Made by a program: the position numbers and the translations under genes. Under the pieces are notes generated by a model. The model had not been told where the DNA came from. It ran no database searches and was given only the letters and a program-made list of their open reading frames with translations. 64,000 nucleotides of DNA, taken from contig CM120641.1 in assembly GCA_051362555.1 (NCBI GenBank), positions 21,142,001 to 21,206,000 of the forward strand. Direction: 5' to 3'. The stretch comes from Lingula anatina (taxonomy: Eukaryota > Animalia > Brachiopoda). This document shows positions 60,898 to 64,000 of this stretch, piece by piece (the stretch's first letter is position 1; each line of letters begins with the position of its first letter).

Positions 60898-63800
60898 TAA
60901 ATGTTTTTATCTGTATATATATAGGTACACAGGCCTCCAGAGATCTGTCTCCGGCTTCTGCCCCAGCAGAGTATGGGTAGCACTCAGGTATATGTGCAGG
61001 TGGAGCTAGTGATTAAGTGTACAGAGAACTATCCAAATGAGTAAGTAACTAAAGGAATCCTGTCATGATATCAAATTAAAACCAAATTAGTTTTTAGAAC
61101 ATTTTTTTTCATAATGTTATTAAGAAACCAACTCTTTTTATCGTAATGGAAGTCCTGTCTTTAAGAGTTAATGTTGTATTTAATTAATGTTATTGTTTTT
61201 CTTGAATTATCAGTTTATAAAAGTATCTTATCATTTATTTTAATGATGTAGCATATTTTTAAAAAGGCAAAAAATTTTCTTTGCCATTTTTATCCATACC
61301 TAGAAAAAAATCTATGTATCATTTAAATTGTGTTTTTATTATTGAAAATTTAAGATTGTGTGTTTTCAAGAATAACTTATTGAAAAGGATTTAGCTTCAT
61401 TAACATAATATATAGGGTTTAACATATTGCCTTATCTCATTCATACAGAGCACCACAGTTAAGGTTAGAAAATGCAAAGGGGTTGTCCAATCAGCTTGTT
61501 CAAGAACTCCAGGGTGAACTAGACTCAAAAGCCCAGGAATTAATTGGAGAGGTAAATGTCTTTGTCTTTATTGGTTATTGACGCTATATTTGTTAGGAAT
61601 TTATGTTTCAATATTTGTTACACTTATTATATAAAAGAAATACTATATATTTATAAATAAATAATTATACATGACATAGAATCCTATGAAAAAAAGCCAT
61701 CAAAATAAACATTTTCGTAAATCAAACAATGGGGAATTTGTGGGTAAGAACAGACACATTCCAATGTCTAAACCACAGCATCGTCTGACGTGACTACAAA
61801 GAGATGTGTATTGCTCTAAGCAGAGCTAGATATTGATGTCATGGCACACTCATCCACATGAAGTTTTTTTCAGGTAATGGTACTAGAATTGGCCCAACAT
61901 GTCCAGGATTTTCTGCACAAACACAACAGGCCTCCAGCAAAGTCTTTCTATGAGCAGATGATGAGCAATAAAAAGGAACGAGAAATACAGCAAGCCATGG
62001 AACAAAAAAAGAAAACCGATTTGCTCAGGAAAAAAGAGGAAAAGGAGGTAAGGATGTCTAGAGATGTAATGTAGTTTATGTAATGTGTTTACCATTTAGT
62101 TTTATTTTTAACACAGATTTTATTTTGCTTATGGTACCAGTGGAGTGATTTACCAAATTAAAAGAGCTTTTTCGAACTTGAACAAGAATTTTTGTTGTTT
62201 TACAAAGTTATAAAAATGTTTCTGATGTGATTCAAAAGTAAAATTTTACCGTAAATGTTTTGATAGTAAAGATGATTACTTTAATGTTTCAGAAGCAACA
62301 GTTAGAGGAAGAAATCCAAAGAAGACAGGAGGCAATGAGAGCAGAAACCAAAAGAAGAAAAGAACAAGCAAAAGAAGTGAGCAATTTTTTACAGTACATT
62401 ATTTTTCAAATTGTTAGCACTTTTAAAACCTTAAAAACTATTACCCCATCTTGTGCAAAAATAGTTAATTTTTACATGGTTTTCTTGACATGTTTATTGG
62501 ATTTTGTTCTAGCAAATTGAGGTCAAATCAGAGAGAGCTTCATCAGAGCCCCCAGATCCAAGCACTCCAAACACAGAGTCTACCCGCATGACACCCATTC
62601 CCATGGACAGTGAACAGCGACAACGTGCCCGCGCCTCTGTGTCTCCAGTAGGAAGCCCTGTCAAACAGAGTTATAGCAGAGCACCTGTAGACAACAATGG
62701 TAGTTATCAGAAAGAAAGGAAAAGGTACAGTGTTCTTCTGATTTTAGGGTTATGTGATGGCCTTTGTCTTGGTATGAATATGTATTTATTGTATTGTATT
62801 ATATGTAAAATCTCCATGGTGGCTGTTACTTCTCAGTCAGTCTAAACTCCCTCTACCGAGCATTTTATGAGAAAGCTTGAAATAATTATAAAATAATTAA
62901 GAAAATCAGACGCACAGTCTTTTTTCTTTTGAATTTGTTGCTGATTTGGTGATAGAAAAGATTAAATCCCAGATAAATAATACGTTATGATTACCCAATC
63001 CTTTGTATATATTCTTCTTTTGTTCTAGATAAATTTTAACTGCTATCAACAATGGGAGTAGTTTTGCTTAAGAGGCATTCACAGCATGTTACATATGCAT
63101 CCTTTTATTTCTTTCCTCTAGGCACACTAGCACTCCAAGAGTTCGTCAGAGCAGCTGTGGTGAAAGAAGTGAATCATCAGAGGAACACTGCACATTTCAC
63201 ACAGGAACATCTGTTCTTGCCTTCAGTACTAAGGGAGAGAGGACAGTGCACAGGGGGAAATGTCTAGGTACATCACTCTGAAAATATGTATTAATTCTGA
63301 AAACATGAGGCATGCATATTGACTTACAGTTAAAGTCATAAGTAGTGGGATGTGTTTGAATAATGGTAAGAACTTAATTCTACCAAAAATTGGATGTATT
63401 TTGCTTGAAAATTTAGTAAAAATAGTGGGAAAGAATTTAAAAGGTGAGTTGGGTGCTCGTTAGAAAGTAAGGTTTTTTGAGTAACTAAAAATGAATAGGA
63501 TTATCTTGAAGGTACTGTAAGCATTTACTACACGTTGTTTAAAGGTAAATGTGAACCCTTAAAGTCATTTTCTACATTCAGGTCACAGTCCTAAAGGAAG
63601 CACAGTGTATGCTGGGATGGATACGAAAACTGGAGAGCTGGTCACTGTGGTAGAGTGGGAGCTGAAATGGTGGCACGTAAAAAGAAAACTGGATGCAGAT
63701 GACAAGGAGAAATATGAAAAGGAAGAGGCAAAATTTATGAAACAAGTGAGGAACAGATTTGATATACGATTGATTCTGTAAAATGAGTTGGATTTTGAAT

Positions 63801-64000
63801 TAAAGGCTCATACTTTAATGTTTAAGTAGATTTTTAGTGATAAATTGAAAGATTTAGGTTAGCCATTTTCTTAAAGCAACATGGTGTTCTGAATCTTTGT
63901 TCACACCCACTTATACAGCAAGGTTTTTGAGATATGTAAAATATCACTGATCACATTCGATTACTCAATTTTGATTTTAGGTTTCCAGTATTGAAGCTGA
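59743..64000 (+). CDS. EIF2AK4: eIF2-alpha kinase GCN2, 5' part (RWD domain, charged linker, start of pseudokinase); runs off the window
   Basis: Exons 59743-59793, 60388-60447, 60925-61040, 61449-61551, 61874-62047, 62293-62376, 62513-62724, 63122-63267, 63582-63745, 63981->64000. They encode MAALEESLTERQENELQVLQAVFMEDFKD...YPNEAP...[31 protein letters not shown] (GCN2 RWD) and VHRGKCLG...VYAGMDTKTGELV (pseudokinase N-lobe). Confidence 0.93.
60795..60894. repeat. (CA)n microsatellite in GCN2 intron 2, about 30 nt upstream of the acceptor
   Basis: Directly visible. Confidence 0.95.

Noticed and set aside
60627-61009. ORFs made of VC/HT/YI repeats (also 39256-39535, 32912-33269, 8312-8512, 3074-3256)
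   Set aside because: They are translations of (CA)n/(TA)n microsatellites.

Overview
AT-rich, intron-rich animal genomic DNA (invertebrate; a mollusc/lophotrochozoan origin is my inference from repeat and protein style). Most of the supplied ORF track is spurious. Splicing GT-AG exons by hand gives five genes: (1) MBIP, minus strand, partial, about 1934-2952; (2) PIGF, plus, 5 exons, 3511-5768, 211 aa, head-to-head with MBIP; (3) a 19-exon, about 1506-aa N-terminal J-domain (HPD) protein, plus, 6815-19303, with a CxxCxxC motif, a UIM and a long low-complexity tail carrying repeated EDW motifs and endocytic-type motifs; (4) a 12-exon, about 985-aa divergent class I bHLH-PAS transcription factor, minus, 22580-59312, HIF-alpha/SIM-like but with no LxxLAP motif and with two LxxLL boxes; (5) EIF2AK4/GCN2, plus, from 59743 running off the window end, head-to-head with the bHLH-PAS gene (start codons about 430 bp apart). 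Introns hold several palindromic PIF/Harbinger-type MITE families (some nested), a tandem-repeat element, decayed Penelope-like and LINE fragments, and microsatellites. The best candidate for an undescribed system is the GCN2/bHLH-PAS bidirectional locus, which has C/EBP-ATF/CRE sites and a putative uORF-bearing alternative leader exon; the second is the J-domain/UIM scaffold. All gene models come from sequence alone, without transcript support.
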